A stretch of DNA of 64,000 nucleotides from assembly GCA_963714975.1 (NCBI GenBank), contig CAVQQD010000002.1:672001-736000 (forward strand). Direction: 5' to 3'. A program made the position numbers and the translations under genes. Positions 54,519 to 64,000 of the stretch are shown here, one piece after another (the stretch's first letter is position 1; the number at the start of each line of letters is the position of its first letter). The DNA is from an uncultured Gammaproteobacteria bacterium (GTDB taxonomy: Bacteria > Pseudomonadota > Gammaproteobacteria > JAURND01). The notes beneath the pieces were generated by a model. The model made no database searches and was not told where the DNA came from. It worked only from the letters and a program-made list of their open reading frames with translations.

Positions 54519-55220
54519 ATGATCTATATTCGCAAAAGTAATGAAAGGGGCAATACTCGATCTGAATGGCTAAATAGCTATCATACTTTTTCTTTTGCAG
54601 AGTATTACGATCCCAAGTTTATGGGATTTGGTAATTTGCGTGTTATCAATGAAGATACCGTGCAGCCGGACTATGGGTTTGGTCAACATCCTCATGATAA
54701 TATGGAAATTATTTCCTATGTTATTTCGGGTTCATTAGAACATAGGGACAGTATTGGAACTGGCTCAACCATAAAACCAGGTGAAATCCAAATTATGTCT
54801 GCGGGATCCGGTGTTAGGCATAGCGAATTTAATCCTTCTAAGTCGGAATTAGTACACTTTCTGCAAATTTGGATCATGCCACGAGAGAGAAATTTAAAGC
54901 CAAGCTATCAACAAACAGTAATTAATAAAATCAATAATCAACTTATTTTAATCGGTTCGGGTAATCAACATGGCTTGACCGCGGTCACTATAAATCAGCA
55001 AGTGGATTTATATGCGGCCTATCTTAACCCGGGACATTCGGTTGAGCATGATCTTAGGGCTGGGAATCTTGCGTGGGTGCAATTAATTAAAGGAAGCATT
55101 CAGCTGGGTGGGAATGAATTAAGGGCGGGGGATGGAGCGGGAATCCTCGAGGAAAAACATATGGTAATTAAATGCAGCGAAGATGCAGAATTGTTAGTAT
55201 TTGATTTAGTATCTTGTTGA
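54519..55220 (+). CDS. pirin family protein (YhhW-like)
   Basis: HTFSFA.YYDP, LRVINED, FG.HPH.NMEI, HRDSIG, MSAGSGV.HSEFN, FLQIWI.P. Confidence 0.93.
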   Translation: MIYIRKSNERGNTRSEWLNSYHTFSFAEYYDPKFMGFGNLRVINEDTVQPDYGFGQHPHDNMEIISYVISGSLEHRDSIGTGSTIKPGEIQIMSAGSGVRHSEFNPSKSELVHFLQIWIMPRERNLKPSYQQTVINKINNQLILIGSGNQHGLTAVTINQQVDLYAAYLNPGHSVEHDLRAGNLAWVQLIKGSIQLGGNELRAGDGAGILEEKHMVIKCSEDAELLVFDLVSC

Positions 55221-55244
55221 GCTCTAGAGAAGGAAGAAACTTTC

Positions 55245-55275
55245 CTGGATCCCGCGGACAAGCCGCGGGACGACG
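55245..55275. repeat. CGTC-type palindrome
   Basis: CTGGATCCCGCGGACAAGCCGCGGGACGACG; reverse-complement relative of 3843-3872. Confidence 0.78.
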
Positions 55276-55389
55276 TAATGGGGGCTAATTGACGACCATC
55301 CCTAGTGCTCAGAGTAGTGTAAATGACATTAAAAAATTTCGGAATTATAGAGAAACTGAATCATGGGTCAATGAGGTCAACACAAAAAG

Positions 55390-55476
55390 CAGCAATTCCC
55401 GCTGCTCCGTCATTTGACCGACGGGTGCCGCAGCGGCAGGACCCGTCGGGGAGCAAGGCTTCAGCGGAAATTGCTG
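55390..55476. repeat. nested hairpin element between convergent genes
   Basis: Outer stem CAGCAATTCCCGCTG/CAGCGGAAATTGCTG, inner stem CCGACGGGT/ACCCGTCGG around GCGGCAGGA. Confidence 0.65.
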
Positions 55477-55491
55477 ACCGAATTGTGTGCA

Positions 55492-56763
55492 TCAGATAGC
55501 TACTATATTCCGCAACTCATGTAAAGTTTTCCCGACTTCTAAAACATGGGTTGGCTTTTTAAGTAATTCTTGCAATTGCGGCGGGATGGGTATGGATGCC
55601 TGTATTAAAGGCTCAATGACTGTATCAAACTTCACCGGATCTGCTGTTGCTACAATGATCCAAGGTTCTGCAGAAAGTTTTTCTCTCACAAAACAAGCGG
55701 TAGCGGTGTGTGGGCAGACAATTGTGTTATGTTCCTCGTAGATGTGCTTAATAGTAGTGGCAATTTCTTCATCGCTGACACTAAAAGCCTGCACATTATT
55801 TTTAAAAGACTCAAAAGTGTTAAAGAAATATTGCAGACGCTCAAAATTACTGGGATTACCCACATCCATGGCATTCGCTAAAGTGCTAATACTTTGACGC
55901 GGTTGGTATTCCCCTGACTGTAAATAATCCGGGATAACTTTATTAGCATTGGTTGCTAACACAATTTCGCGAATTGGAAAACCCAGCATTTTTGCACAAT
56001 AGCCAGCGGTAGCATTTCCTAAATTGCCTGTTGGGACAATATAACCCGGGGCAAGCTGATGTTGCTGATAAAATTGCAGACTACTAAAGGCATAATAGGT
56101 AATTTGAGGCAAGAGTCGCCCAATATTGATGCTGTTGGCACTGCTTAAGCTGATATGCTGTTGCCACCATGGATCCCTAAAAGCTGCTTTCACCAAGGCT
56201 TGGCAATCATCAAAAGTCCCATCAACTGCTAATGCCAATACATTTTGATCCCAGCAAGTTATTTGATGCTCTTGTCGGGTTGCAATCTGGCCTTTGGGAA
56301 ATAAAATAATCACATTGACATTGGATTTTAAATAAAAAGCACTGGCAACCGCGGAACCAGTATCTCCTGAGGTTGCTACCATGATGGTGGTTTTTTGCCC
56401 AGTAGCAATGTGATTAATACACTCTGCTAAAAAACGCGCACCAAAATCTTTGAACGATAAGGTGGGTCCATGGAAAAGCTCAAGCATATAGGTGTTATGA
56501 TTTAATGAATGAAGAGGCACTGGAAAGGAAAAAGCATTAGCACACATTGCTGATAAATTTTCTGAAAGTGCATCTCCTTGAAAAAATTCTTGCAATACTT
56601 TTTCGGCAAAAGCAGGATAGCTAGGTATATCAGTAAAAGAGTTAAAATCAATTTTAGGAATGGACTCAGGAACAAACAGTCCCCCATCTTCAGCCAATCC
56701 ACAACGGATTGCTGCCGATAAAGATTTATGAATATTTTTGTCTCGTGTGCTAATGAAATTCAT
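55492..56763 (-). CDS. thrC: threonine synthase (gammaproteobacterial type)
   Basis: GLA.DGGLFVP, LELFHGPTLSFKDFGARF, ATSGDTGSAV, SANSINIGRL.PQ, VPTGNLGN, NAMDVGNPSNFER. Confidence 0.95.
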   Translation of the reverse strand: MNFISTRDKNIHKSLSAAIRCGLAEDGGLFVPESIPKIDFNSFTDIPSYPAFAEKVLQEFFQGDALSENLSAMCANAFSFPVPLHSLNHNTYMLELFHGPTLSFKDFGARFLAECINHIATGQKTTIMVATSGDTGSAVASAFYLKSNVNVIILFPKGQIATRQEHQITCWDQNVLALAVDGTFDDCQALVKAAFRDPWWQQHISLSSANSINIGRLLPQITYYAFSSLQFYQQHQLAPGYIVPTGNLGNATAGYCAKMLGFPIREIVLATNANKVIPDYLQSGEYQPRQSISTLANAMDVGNPSNFERLQYFFNTFESFKNNVQAFSVSDEEIATTIKHIYEEHNTIVCPHTATACFVREKLSAEPWIIVATADPVKFDTVIEPLIQASIPIPPQLQELLKKPTHVLEVGKTLHELRNIVAI

Positions 56764-57728
56764 AAAGCCTCTTTGACTTCAATCACCCGTGCGGGATGTT
56801 TGCTAATAGGCGAAATCCAAGTATCAGTCTTTATGCCTTGCTCATGTAATGGTTCCTGCATGGCATTGCTAATCATGACTGCTTGATGTTTATTTTCCGC
56901 GAAAGCAAAGATACTGGGTCCTGAGCCAGAAAAGGATACCCCCAGCGCTCCCGCTTGCAAGGCTGCAGCTTTAATTTGATAAAAACCCGGCACAAATTGT
57001 ACTCGCTGCGGTTCAATGAGTAGATCATCTAAAATTTTAGGCCATAATGTGCGATCATTTTTGTAGAGTGAGCTGATGAACGCTGCCAGATTAGCCGATT
57101 GCCTAACGTAGTCTTTTAAAGGCAATTGCTCTTTTAAGATGCTCCTGGCCTGATTGGTAGATACATGCAAATGAGGATGAACTAACACGCAATATACGTC
57201 TGGAATGGGTAACTGAATCACTGCAATGGGATCTGTGCATTGAATTAAAGTTAGACCTCCAAAAATGCAAGGCACTACATTATCTGCATGTTTTTGTCCG
57301 CTGGCCACCTCTTCACCTAATAGGGCATATTGCGCTAATTCATCCAGTGATAAGGCTGGATTTAGAAAAGCATTAAAAGCTGTTAGAGCTGCTACTGCTG
57401 ATGCTGCTGATCCCCCCATCCCGGAACTTAACGGAATACCTTTTTCAATGCGAATGGAAAAGCCTAGGTCTAATTGCATGGCTTGACATAATTTTTGCAC
57501 CACGACAGAGGCGGTATTTTTTTCGACGGCTAAGGGTAATTGCTCATCAGAGTTAACAAACCCAGCGGATTCAATCACAACCTTATTATCGTCGCGACGT
57601 GTTAAGGTGACGTGATCACCAACTGCTTCTAATGCAAAGCCGAGAATGTCAAAGCCCACGGCAACATTAGCGCAAGAGGCAGGGGCAAAAGCTTTTACCG
57701 AATGAATGTTTGAATTTATGGTCGACAT
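56760..57728 (-). CDS. thrB: homoserine kinase
   Basis: APAS.ANV.VGFD.LG, KGIPLSSGMGGSAAS, HADNV.P, SGSGPS. Confidence 0.95.
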   Translation of the reverse strand: MSTINSNIHSVKAFAPASCANVAVGFDILGFALEAVGDHVTLTRRDDNKVVIESAGFVNSDEQLPLAVEKNTASVVVQKLCQAMQLDLGFSIRIEKGIPLSSGMGGSAASAVAALTAFNAFLNPALSLDELAQYALLGEEVASGQKHADNVVPCIFGGLTLIQCTDPIAVIQLPIPDVYCVLVHPHLHVSTNQARSILKEQLPLKDYVRQSANLAAFISSLYKNDRTLWPKILDDLLIEPQRVQFVPGFYQIKAAALQAGALGVSFSGSGPSIFAFAENKHQAVMISNAMQEPLHEQGIKTDTWISPISKHPARVIEVKEAL

Positions 57729-57860
57729 TAATTTTACTCTATACCTGTATTGTTACTTTATATGATATTTGAAAGGATATTGTACAGCAATGAACACTTT
57801 GGCTTGGGTTTGCACTTCCTGCTAATTGACTTCAAATTTAGTTTGCATAGAATTGGATTG

Positions 57861-57936
<76 letters not shown>

Positions 57937-57997
57937 AAACTAAATTGTCATCTTATACTATAATTTGATGATATTTAAAAGGATATTCGGGTGTCAC

Positions 57998-59485
57998 ATG
58001 AATAATTCAGTTCCCTTGTTTGCTGCAGAACAGATCAAACTATTAGAACAATTGGTCATGGGGCAGCTCCAGCTGTCAGCATTTGATTTGATGGAGCGGG
58101 CTGGAGCAGCTGCTTTTAAGCTACTGAGGCAGCGTTGGCCACTGGCCCATAATATTCTGGTTTTTTGTGGTAAAGGTAATAATGGGGGTGATGGCTATGT
58201 GTTGGCTCGTCTTGCCAAAGAACAGGGCTTAAATGTATTAGTCCACCATCTTCGGGATCGAGGCAATCTGCCCGAAGCAGCCAGTGAAGCGTTACAGCGA
58301 TGTTTAATGGCCGGTGTGGATGTTCGCACTTATGTGGAAGGAGATTCTTTGCGCCCCGATGTAGTGGTGGATGCATTATTGGGGATTGGTCTGCGAGGAG
58401 AAGTGGCTGCTGACTATGCCCGCTATATCGAAGTCATCAACCAAATGCCTTGCCCGATACTAGCAATTGATGTCCCTTCGGGAATCAATGCGGACACGGG
58501 TACGGTAGGAGCTGCTGCGGTTCGAGCGACAGCGACCATCACCTTTATGGCTTATAAATTAGGTCTAGTGACTGGCAAAGCGGCTGAATGCAGTGGGGAG
58601 TTGCACTTTGAAAGTCTAGGAACTACCCATGATATGCTTACGCAATTGCCTTATACTGCTGAAACCCTAAGCACCCAAATTTTATCTGAAAGTTTGTCGC
58701 GTCGTGCTAAGAATGCGCATAAGGGCGATTTTGGTCATGTATTGGTTTTAGGGGGTAACACCGGCATGGCAGGAGCAGTGCGAATGGCGGGGGAAGCAGC
58801 AGCGCGGGTAGGCGCTGGTTTAGTCAGCGTGGCCACTCGAAAGGAACATGCGGCTATTATTGCCGCAATGCGACCGGAGCTCATGTGTCATGGCATTGAA
58901 GATGCAGCAGAATTAGAACCTTTATTCGCCAAGGCTACGGTGTTAGTACTAGGGCCTGGTTTAGGTCAGGACCAATGGGCGCAGAGGTTATTGGCAAAGA
59001 CTTTGAAAGCGCCGCAGCCCAAAGTATTGGATGCAGATGCGTTAAACCTGTTAGCAAAGAGTCCAGCACAGCAAGCTAATTGGGTTTTAACGCCTCACCC
59101 TGGAGAAGCGGCTCGTCTGCTCAATTGTACTGTTGCGGAAATTGAAGAAAATCGCTATTTATCAGTACGTCGTTTACAAGCAGCTTTTGGTGGAGTAGCG
59201 GTGTTAAAAGGTGTAGGCAGTTTAGTGCAAAGTGAAAGTGAAGTCACCGGGGTTTGCCTTGCAGGAAATCCCGGTATGGCAAGTGGAGGGATGGGTGATG
59301 TGCTTGGGGGCGCCATTGGTGGTTTATTAGCACAAGGACTTGCTTTGGAAGCAGCCGCCCGCATGGGAGTATTGATTCATTCCATAGCGGCAGATACGGC
59401 GGCACAGCCTTTGGGAGAACGGGGTTTATTGGCGAGTGATTTAATGTTGGAATTAAGAAAACAAGTCAATTGTCTGGTGGAATAG
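57998..59485 (+). CDS. nnr: bifunctional NAD(P)H-hydrate epimerase/dehydratase
   Basis: LMERAG, CGKGNNGGDG, DALLGIG, IDVPSG, HKGDFG, GPGLG, DADAL, LTPHPGEA, GGMGDVL. Confidence 0.95.
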   Translation: MNNSVPLFAAEQIKLLEQLVMGQLQLSAFDLMERAGAAAFKLLRQRWPLAHNILVFCGKGNNGGDGYVLARLAKEQGLNVLVHHLRDRGNLPEAASEALQRCLMAGVDVRTYVEGDSLRPDVVVDALLGIGLRGEVAADYARYIEVINQMPCPILAIDVPSGINADTGTVGAAAVRATATITFMAYKLGLVTGKAAECSGELHFESLGTTHDMLTQLPYTAETLSTQILSESLSRRAKNAHKGDFGHVLVLGGNTGMAGAVRMAGEAAARVGAGLVSVATRKEHAAIIAAMRPELMCHGIEDAAELEPLFAKATVLVLGPGLGQDQWAQRLLAKTLKAPQPKVLDADALNLLAKSPAQQANWVLTPHPGEAARLLNCTVAEIEENRYLSVRRLQAAFGGVAVLKGVGSLVQSESEVTGVCLAGNPGMASGGMGDVLGGAIGGLLAQGLALEAAARMGVLIHSIAADTAAQPLGERGLLASDLMLELRKQVNCLVE

Positions 59486-59492
59486 GTCCGCA

Positions 59493-59960
59493 ATGTCACA
59501 GTCATTTATTTTGGCAGATGAAGCTGCCACGCATTCCTTTGCAGCACAATTAGCCGAAGCTGTTCTTTCAATGTGGCCATTATTAAATCAACAAAAAAGT
59601 TTTAATATTTATCTTTCTGGGGAATTAGGCGCAGGTAAGACCAGTTTTGTGCGGGGTTTTTTACGAGCCATGGGTTATGAGGGAAAGGTAAAAAGCCCAA
59701 GTTATGGCTTGATTGAGCCTTATGTATTTTCGGAATACTCGGTCTTTCATTTTGATTTTTATCGGATTCAGAGTATCCAAGAATTGGCTTCCTTAGGTTT
59801 AGAAGATTATTTTAGCCAAAAAGCCATTTGTCTCATCGAATGGCCGGAGCAAGCATTCCAGCTCTTGCCCCCAGCCGATATTTTCTTGCGGATTAGCATT
59901 CAGGGGACACAACGTCGCATAGAACTTGATAAATCCTTTGGGAAGAAGGGATTGCTTTAG
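59493..59960 (+). CDS. tsaE: tRNA threonylcarbamoyladenosine biosynthesis ATPase
   Basis: LSGELGAGKT, VKSPSY, HFDFYR, LIEWPE. Confidence 0.95.
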   Translation: MSQSFILADEAATHSFAAQLAEAVLSMWPLLNQQKSFNIYLSGELGAGKTSFVRGFLRAMGYEGKVKSPSYGLIEPYVFSEYSVFHFDFYRIQSIQELASLGLEDYFSQKAICLIEWPEQAFQLLPPADIFLRISIQGTQRRIELDKSFGKKGLL

Positions 59961-60769
59961 GGACACATTTGGTAGTAACGCTTAGTTCCTTGCACAATAG
60001 CTGCCGCTAAACGCCGCTGATAGTTAATGTCGACCAGTTGGCGTTCTTGCCGCAGATTGGAAATATACCCCGTCTCCACTAGCAAAGAAGGAATATCGGG
60101 AGACTTAAGCACCACAAAACCTGCTTGCTCTACCCGACGATAATGTAAATGGGTGATCGGTGCTAACTCTGTTAGAATTAGCTGCCCCAATTCTAAGCTC
60201 ACAGCAATCGCATGATTTTGTGAAAGATCCAATAATACCGAGCGTAACAGGCGGTCTTTTTGTTCTATAAAAACCCCATCGATCAATTCAGATTGATTTT
60301 CTTTTTTAGCTAACCAGCGCACCATCTCGCTAGTAGCTCCTCGTTCCGACAAGGCAAAAACCGAAGCGCCCACTGCTGTATTGTTATAAGCAGCATCCGC
60401 ATGGATCGCCAAAAATAACTTTGGTTTGTAACGACGTGCAATCGCTAAACGTTCTCGCAAAGGAAGATAAGTGTCGCGAGAACGGGTTAAGACCGCATGA
60501 AAGCCTGGTTGTTGATTAAACTGTCGCTGCAATTGTTTAGCAATAGCAAGCGCTACATCTTTTTCTCGATGGCCAGCTTTACCTACGGCTCCTGAATCCT
60601 TTCCCCCGTGACCCGGGTCAATCACCACCACTATGGGCTGCTTGGACCGTTTCACGGTAGGTTTGGTTTTCTGCGTGGACTGCTGGGCTGCAGCTATGCA
60701 AGACAAAAGCCCAAAGATAATGATTAACAAAACAATTAACAAAAGGCGAAGGCTAAGTACAAAATACAT
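59957..60769 (-). CDS. N-acetylmuramoyl-L-alanine amidase (Amidase_3)
   Basis: VIDPGHGGKDSGA, EKDVAL, LTR..D, IHADA, VLKSPDIPSLLVETGYISN; N-terminal hydrophobic signal; start uncertain (60769 or 60817). Confidence 0.9.
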   Translation of the reverse strand: MYFVLSLRLLLIVLLIIIFGLLSCIAAAQQSTQKTKPTVKRSKQPIVVVIDPGHGGKDSGAVGKAGHREKDVALAIAKQLQRQFNQQPGFHAVLTRSRDTYLPLRERLAIARRYKPKLFLAIHADAAYNNTAVGASVFALSERGATSEMVRWLAKKENQSELIDGVFIEQKDRLLRSVLLDLSQNHAIAVSLELGQLILTELAPITHLHYRRVEQAGFVVLKSPDIPSLLVETGYISNLRQERQLVDINYQRRLAAAIVQGTKRYYQMCP

Positions 60770-60859
60770 GTGGCAAAAGTTCCATAATCGTTCAGCAGCT
60801 CTCGGCGAAATAAACATCCTGAATTTTTACACGCTAGTTCTCGCTCAGCAAGTACCAGC

Positions 60860-60954
60860 TGTGCTATAATACCCGCCCTGACTTCGCAGGAGCGGAGTCT
60901 TTTTGTCTAACAAGGAAGTTAGACTTGGCAATTAATTACCAAGGAGGGAGTATT
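60860..60954 (+). promoter_or_regulatory. rpoS promoter and 5' leader with GGA-loop hairpins
   Basis: TGTGCTATAAT extended -10; GACTTCGC-AGGA-GCGGAGTC and GTCTAAC-AAGGAA-GTTAGAC hairpins; AAGGAGG SD. Confidence 0.62.
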
Positions 60955-61953
60955 ATGCCAAAGGCCAAGAAGGCAAAGGTCACCAAGGATGAAGCAGTTG
61001 CTTCTCAGCCCCTTTCGGATTCTGAAGATCCATCCGAAGAACCGTCATTAGAGCTTGAGTTAGAAGAAGAGGAATTTGTTGAAGAAGACTTGCCACAAGA
61101 AATCCCCTTGCCTCATCACACCACTGCTTCGCCGGATGCTACCCAATTATATTTAAGTGAAATAGGCTTTGCGCCACTACTCAGCCCTGGGGAAGAACTA
61201 GAAGTCGCATTGCTAGCCAGGCAAGGGAATCCAGCAGCGCGCAAGCGGATGATTGAAAGCAATCTACGACTAGTTGTAAAAACTGCACGGCATTATTTAG
61301 GCAGGGGCTTGCTCTTTCTGGACTTAATTGAAGAAGGAAATTTGGGCCTGATGCATGCGGTTGAAAAATTTGATCCTAGCCTTGGCTTTCGGTTTTCTAC
61401 TTATGCTACCTGGTGGATTCGTCAATCTATTGAGCGTGCCATTATGAATCAACGGCGTACCATCCGCCTTCCTATCCATAAAATTAAAGAATTAAATGTT
61501 TATTTGCGAGCTGCAAGACAATTGACTCAGGAATTGGACCATGAACCCACCTGCGAAGAGATTGCCAAACGGGTGGACAAACCGCTAGAAGAAATTCAAT
61601 ATATGCTGGAGCTAAGTAAAGATACGACCTCTTTAGATGTTCCCGTGGCAAAAGATACTGAGCGATCTTTGGCTGAAACCTTGGTGGACGAAACTAATGT
61701 CGATCCGGTGGAGCTATTATCCGACGCGGATATGCATCAACATGTACATTTGTGGTTTAATGAGCTAAGCTCAAAACAAAAAGAAATTTTAGCCCGTCGC
61801 TTTGGGCTGTATGGTCATGATAAGCAAACTCTGGAAGAGGTAGGTGGGGCTATTGGCCTAACTCGAGAACGAGTGCGGCAAATTCAGATTGAGGCGATTA
61901 AAAAGTTACATGATATTGTGATTGAGCAGGGTTATGGTGAAATGAATGAATAA
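60955..61953 (+). CDS. rpoS: RNA polymerase sigma factor RpoS
   Basis: [76 protein letters not shown]. Confidence 0.95.
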   Translation: MPKAKKAKVTKDEAVASQPLSDSEDPSEEPSLELELEEEEFVEEDLPQEIPLPHHTTASPDATQLYLSEIGFAPLLSPGEELEVALLARQGNPAARKRMIESNLRLVVKTARHYLGRGLLFLDLIEEGNLGLMHAVEKFDPSLGFRFSTYATWWIRQSIERAIMNQRRTIRLPIHKIKELNVYLRAARQLTQELDHEPTCEEIAKRVDKPLEEIQYMLELSKDTTSLDVPVAKDTERSLAETLVDETNVDPVELLSDADMHQHVHLWFNELSSKQKEILARRFGLYGHDKQTLEEVGGAIGLTRERVRQIQIEAIKKLHDIVIEQGYGEMNE

Positions 61954-61986
61954 CCATTGAATTTTTTAAATTGATCATTATATTAT

Positions 61987-62020
61987 AAATCCCCCTAACC
62001 CCTTTTTCAAAGGGGGATTT
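61987..62020. repeat. CCCC/GGGG palindromic repeat
   Basis: AAATCCCCCTAACCCCTTTTTCAAAGGGGGATTT; inverted relative of 34151-34185. Confidence 0.6.
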
Positions 62021-62041
62021 TAAATTTTGACGGAGAAAGAT

Positions 62042-63964
62042 ATGTCAATTGAAGAGCAAAAAGAAACTCTAAATTTTCAAACTGAAGTCAAACAGCTATT
62101 ACATTTGGTCACGCATTTTTTGTATAGCAACAAAGAGATTTTTTTGCGTGAGCTTATTTCTAATGCTTCTGATGCTCTTGAGAAGTTGAGCTTTGAAGCC
62201 TTGGGAGATGCTGCGTTATTTGAGAACAATTCAGAATTGAAAATATGGGTTGAGGTAGATAAACAGCAAAAAACTATTACGATTCGTGACAATGGCATTG
62301 GGATGAGCCGCGAGGAAGTGATAGAAAACTTAGGCACAATTGCTAAGTCAGGTACTCGAGAATTTCTAGCTAGGCTCACCGGGGATCAAAATAAGGATGC
62401 TAATCTGATTGGTCAATTTGGGGTAGGTTTTTATTCTGCTTTTGTGGTTGCACAAACAGTAGAAGTCTTTACTCGCCGAGCCGGAATGAATGAAAATCAG
62501 GGAGTATATTGGGCTTCTACTGGTGAAGGAGACTACACCATCCAAAATGTTATTAAAGCGGATCGGGGGACAAAGATCGTTTTACATTTGCGCGAAGATA
62601 ATGAAGAATTTTTGGATGATTGGCGCTTGCGAAGCATTATTACCAAATATTCTGATCATATACCCTTCCCGATTTTAATGCCTAAATCTGAAGTTGAGGC
62701 AGAAGAAGTCGAGAAACCGAAAAAAAAGCAAAAGCAGAAAGCAGAATCGGAATGGGAAGTAGTTAACCGTGCCACTGCTCTTTGGACTTTGCCAAAAAGT
62801 CAAATTAAAGCAGAAGAATATAATGAACTTTACAAACACATTTCTCATGATTTTGAGCCCCCGTTAGTCTATTCGCACAATAAGGTAGAGGGAAAACTGG
62901 AATACACCAGCATTCTCTTCATTCCTAGCCGAGCTCCTTATGATCTGTTGAATCGTGATAAAAAACATGGGTTAAAACTTTATGTGCGGCGGGTCTTTAT
63001 TATGGATGATGCAGAGCAATTATTGCCGCTTTATTTGCGTTTTGTCCGCGGAGTTGTTGATTCCAGTGATCTGCCTTTAAATGTCTCTCGAGAAATTTTG
63101 CAAGACAGTCATGTGATTACCAGCATTCGCTCCGGCTGCATTAAACGGGTTTTGGATATGTTGGATGATTTAGTCAGCAATGAGCCAGAAAAATACACTA
63201 CTTTTTGGGGCCAATTTGGTGCAGTCCTCAAAGAAGGTCCAGGTGAAGATTTTGCGAATCGAGAACGTTTAGCCAAGCTATTTCGTTTTGCCTCAACCAA
63301 GCTTGATACGCCAGAACAAGTAGTTTCCTTGCAAGACTATGTCGGTCGCATGTTACCGGGACAAGACAAAATATATTATATAACGGCCGATTCTTTTAAC
63401 ACGTCCCGTAATAGTCCGCACTTAGAAGTATTTCGTAAAAAAGGGATTGAGGTTTTATTATTGTTTGATCGAGTAGATGAATGGTCAACTTCCTTTTTAA
63501 CTGAATTTGAAGGTAAGTCTTTGCAATCAGTCGCTAAGGGTGGGGTCGATCTAGGAGGTTTAGAAGATAAAGAGGCCGCGGAGCAGGTGAAAGCAGCAGA
63601 AGGGGAGTTTACTACTATTTTGGAAGAGGTTAAGAAAATCTTGGGCGATAAAGTCAAGGAAGTCCGGTTAACGAATCGCTTAACCGATTCGCCTGCTTGT
63701 TTAGTCGCCGGTGAAGCTGAAATGAGTATTCATCTGCAAAATATGTTAAAAGCTGCTGGCCAAAATTTTCCAGGGAGTAAACCGATATTTGAGCTCAATC
63801 CGGAGCACAAAATCGTGCAAAAATTAAAGGCCGAGTCCGATATGGAACGTTTTGCCGAATGGACCTGGGTATTATTTGATCAAGCGCAATTGACGCAAGG
63901 AATTCCATTAGAAGATCCGGCAAGCTTTGTGAAAAAGGTTAATGCCTTATTATTGCAAGGATGA
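62042..63964 (+). CDS. htpG: molecular chaperone HtpG (Hsp90)
   Basis: [53 protein letters not shown]. Confidence 0.97.
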   Translation: MSIEEQKETLNFQTEVKQLLHLVTHFLYSNKEIFLRELISNASDALEKLSFEALGDAALFENNSELKIWVEVDKQQKTITIRDNGIGMSREEVIENLGTIAKSGTREFLARLTGDQNKDANLIGQFGVGFYSAFVVAQTVEVFTRRAGMNENQGVYWASTGEGDYTIQNVIKADRGTKIVLHLREDNEEFLDDWRLRSIITKYSDHIPFPILMPKSEVEAEEVEKPKKKQKQKAESEWEVVNRATALWTLPKSQIKAEEYNELYKHISHDFEPPLVYSHNKVEGKLEYTSILFIPSRAPYDLLNRDKKHGLKLYVRRVFIMDDAEQLLPLYLRFVRGVVDSSDLPLNVSREILQDSHVITSIRSGCIKRVLDMLDDLVSNEPEKYTTFWGQFGAVLKEGPGEDFANRERLAKLFRFASTKLDTPEQVVSLQDYVGRMLPGQDKIYYITADSFNTSRNSPHLEVFRKKGIEVLLLFDRVDEWSTSFLTEFEGKSLQSVAKGGVDLGGLEDKEAAEQVKAAEGEFTTILEEVKKILGDKVKEVRLTNRLTDSPACLVAGEAEMSIHLQNMLKAAGQNFPGSKPIFELNPEHKIVQKLKAESDMERFAEWTWVLFDQAQLTQGIPLEDPASFVKKVNALLLQG

Positions 63965-64000
63965 TGCTGCCGCCGGTTCTGTGTTTGATGGGGCCGACTG

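Overview
A 64-kb stretch of chromosome, probably from a Legionellales/Coxiellaceae-like gammaproteobacterium. This is inferred from gene content: effector-like orphans with transmembrane (TM) segments, an ankyrin protein, an inverse autotransporter and rpoS. The core genes are pdhA (partial), ugpQ, fadE, minCDE, fadD-prpB-prpC-ispG, an ilv operon, desaturase-pheA-tyrA-aroA-aroK-aroC-aroB then aroDE, queF, thrBC, tRNA-Ala(CGC), nnr-tsaE, an amidase, rpoS and htpG. Several families of palindromic repeats are scattered between them. The best candidate for a new system is a minimal RiPP-like cassette in a ~7-kb insert that splits the aro cluster: an unannotated 45-aa peptide gene (39295-39432), a stem-loop, and two tandem stand-alone YcaO genes, one with a degenerate ATP-binding motif. 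Other highlights are (1) a threonine-synthase-like enzyme fused to a LeuA regulatory domain inside an ilv operon lacking ilvA, (2) a SymR-like antisense RNA module in front of a non-SymE ORF, (3) an Rpn-like pseudogene that keeps an intact internal antitoxin-like ORF, (4) a toxin-antitoxin islet bounded by a duplicated gene 3' end, and (5) CsrA-type GGA hairpins in the rpoS leader. All calls come from reading motifs by eye; no searches were run.
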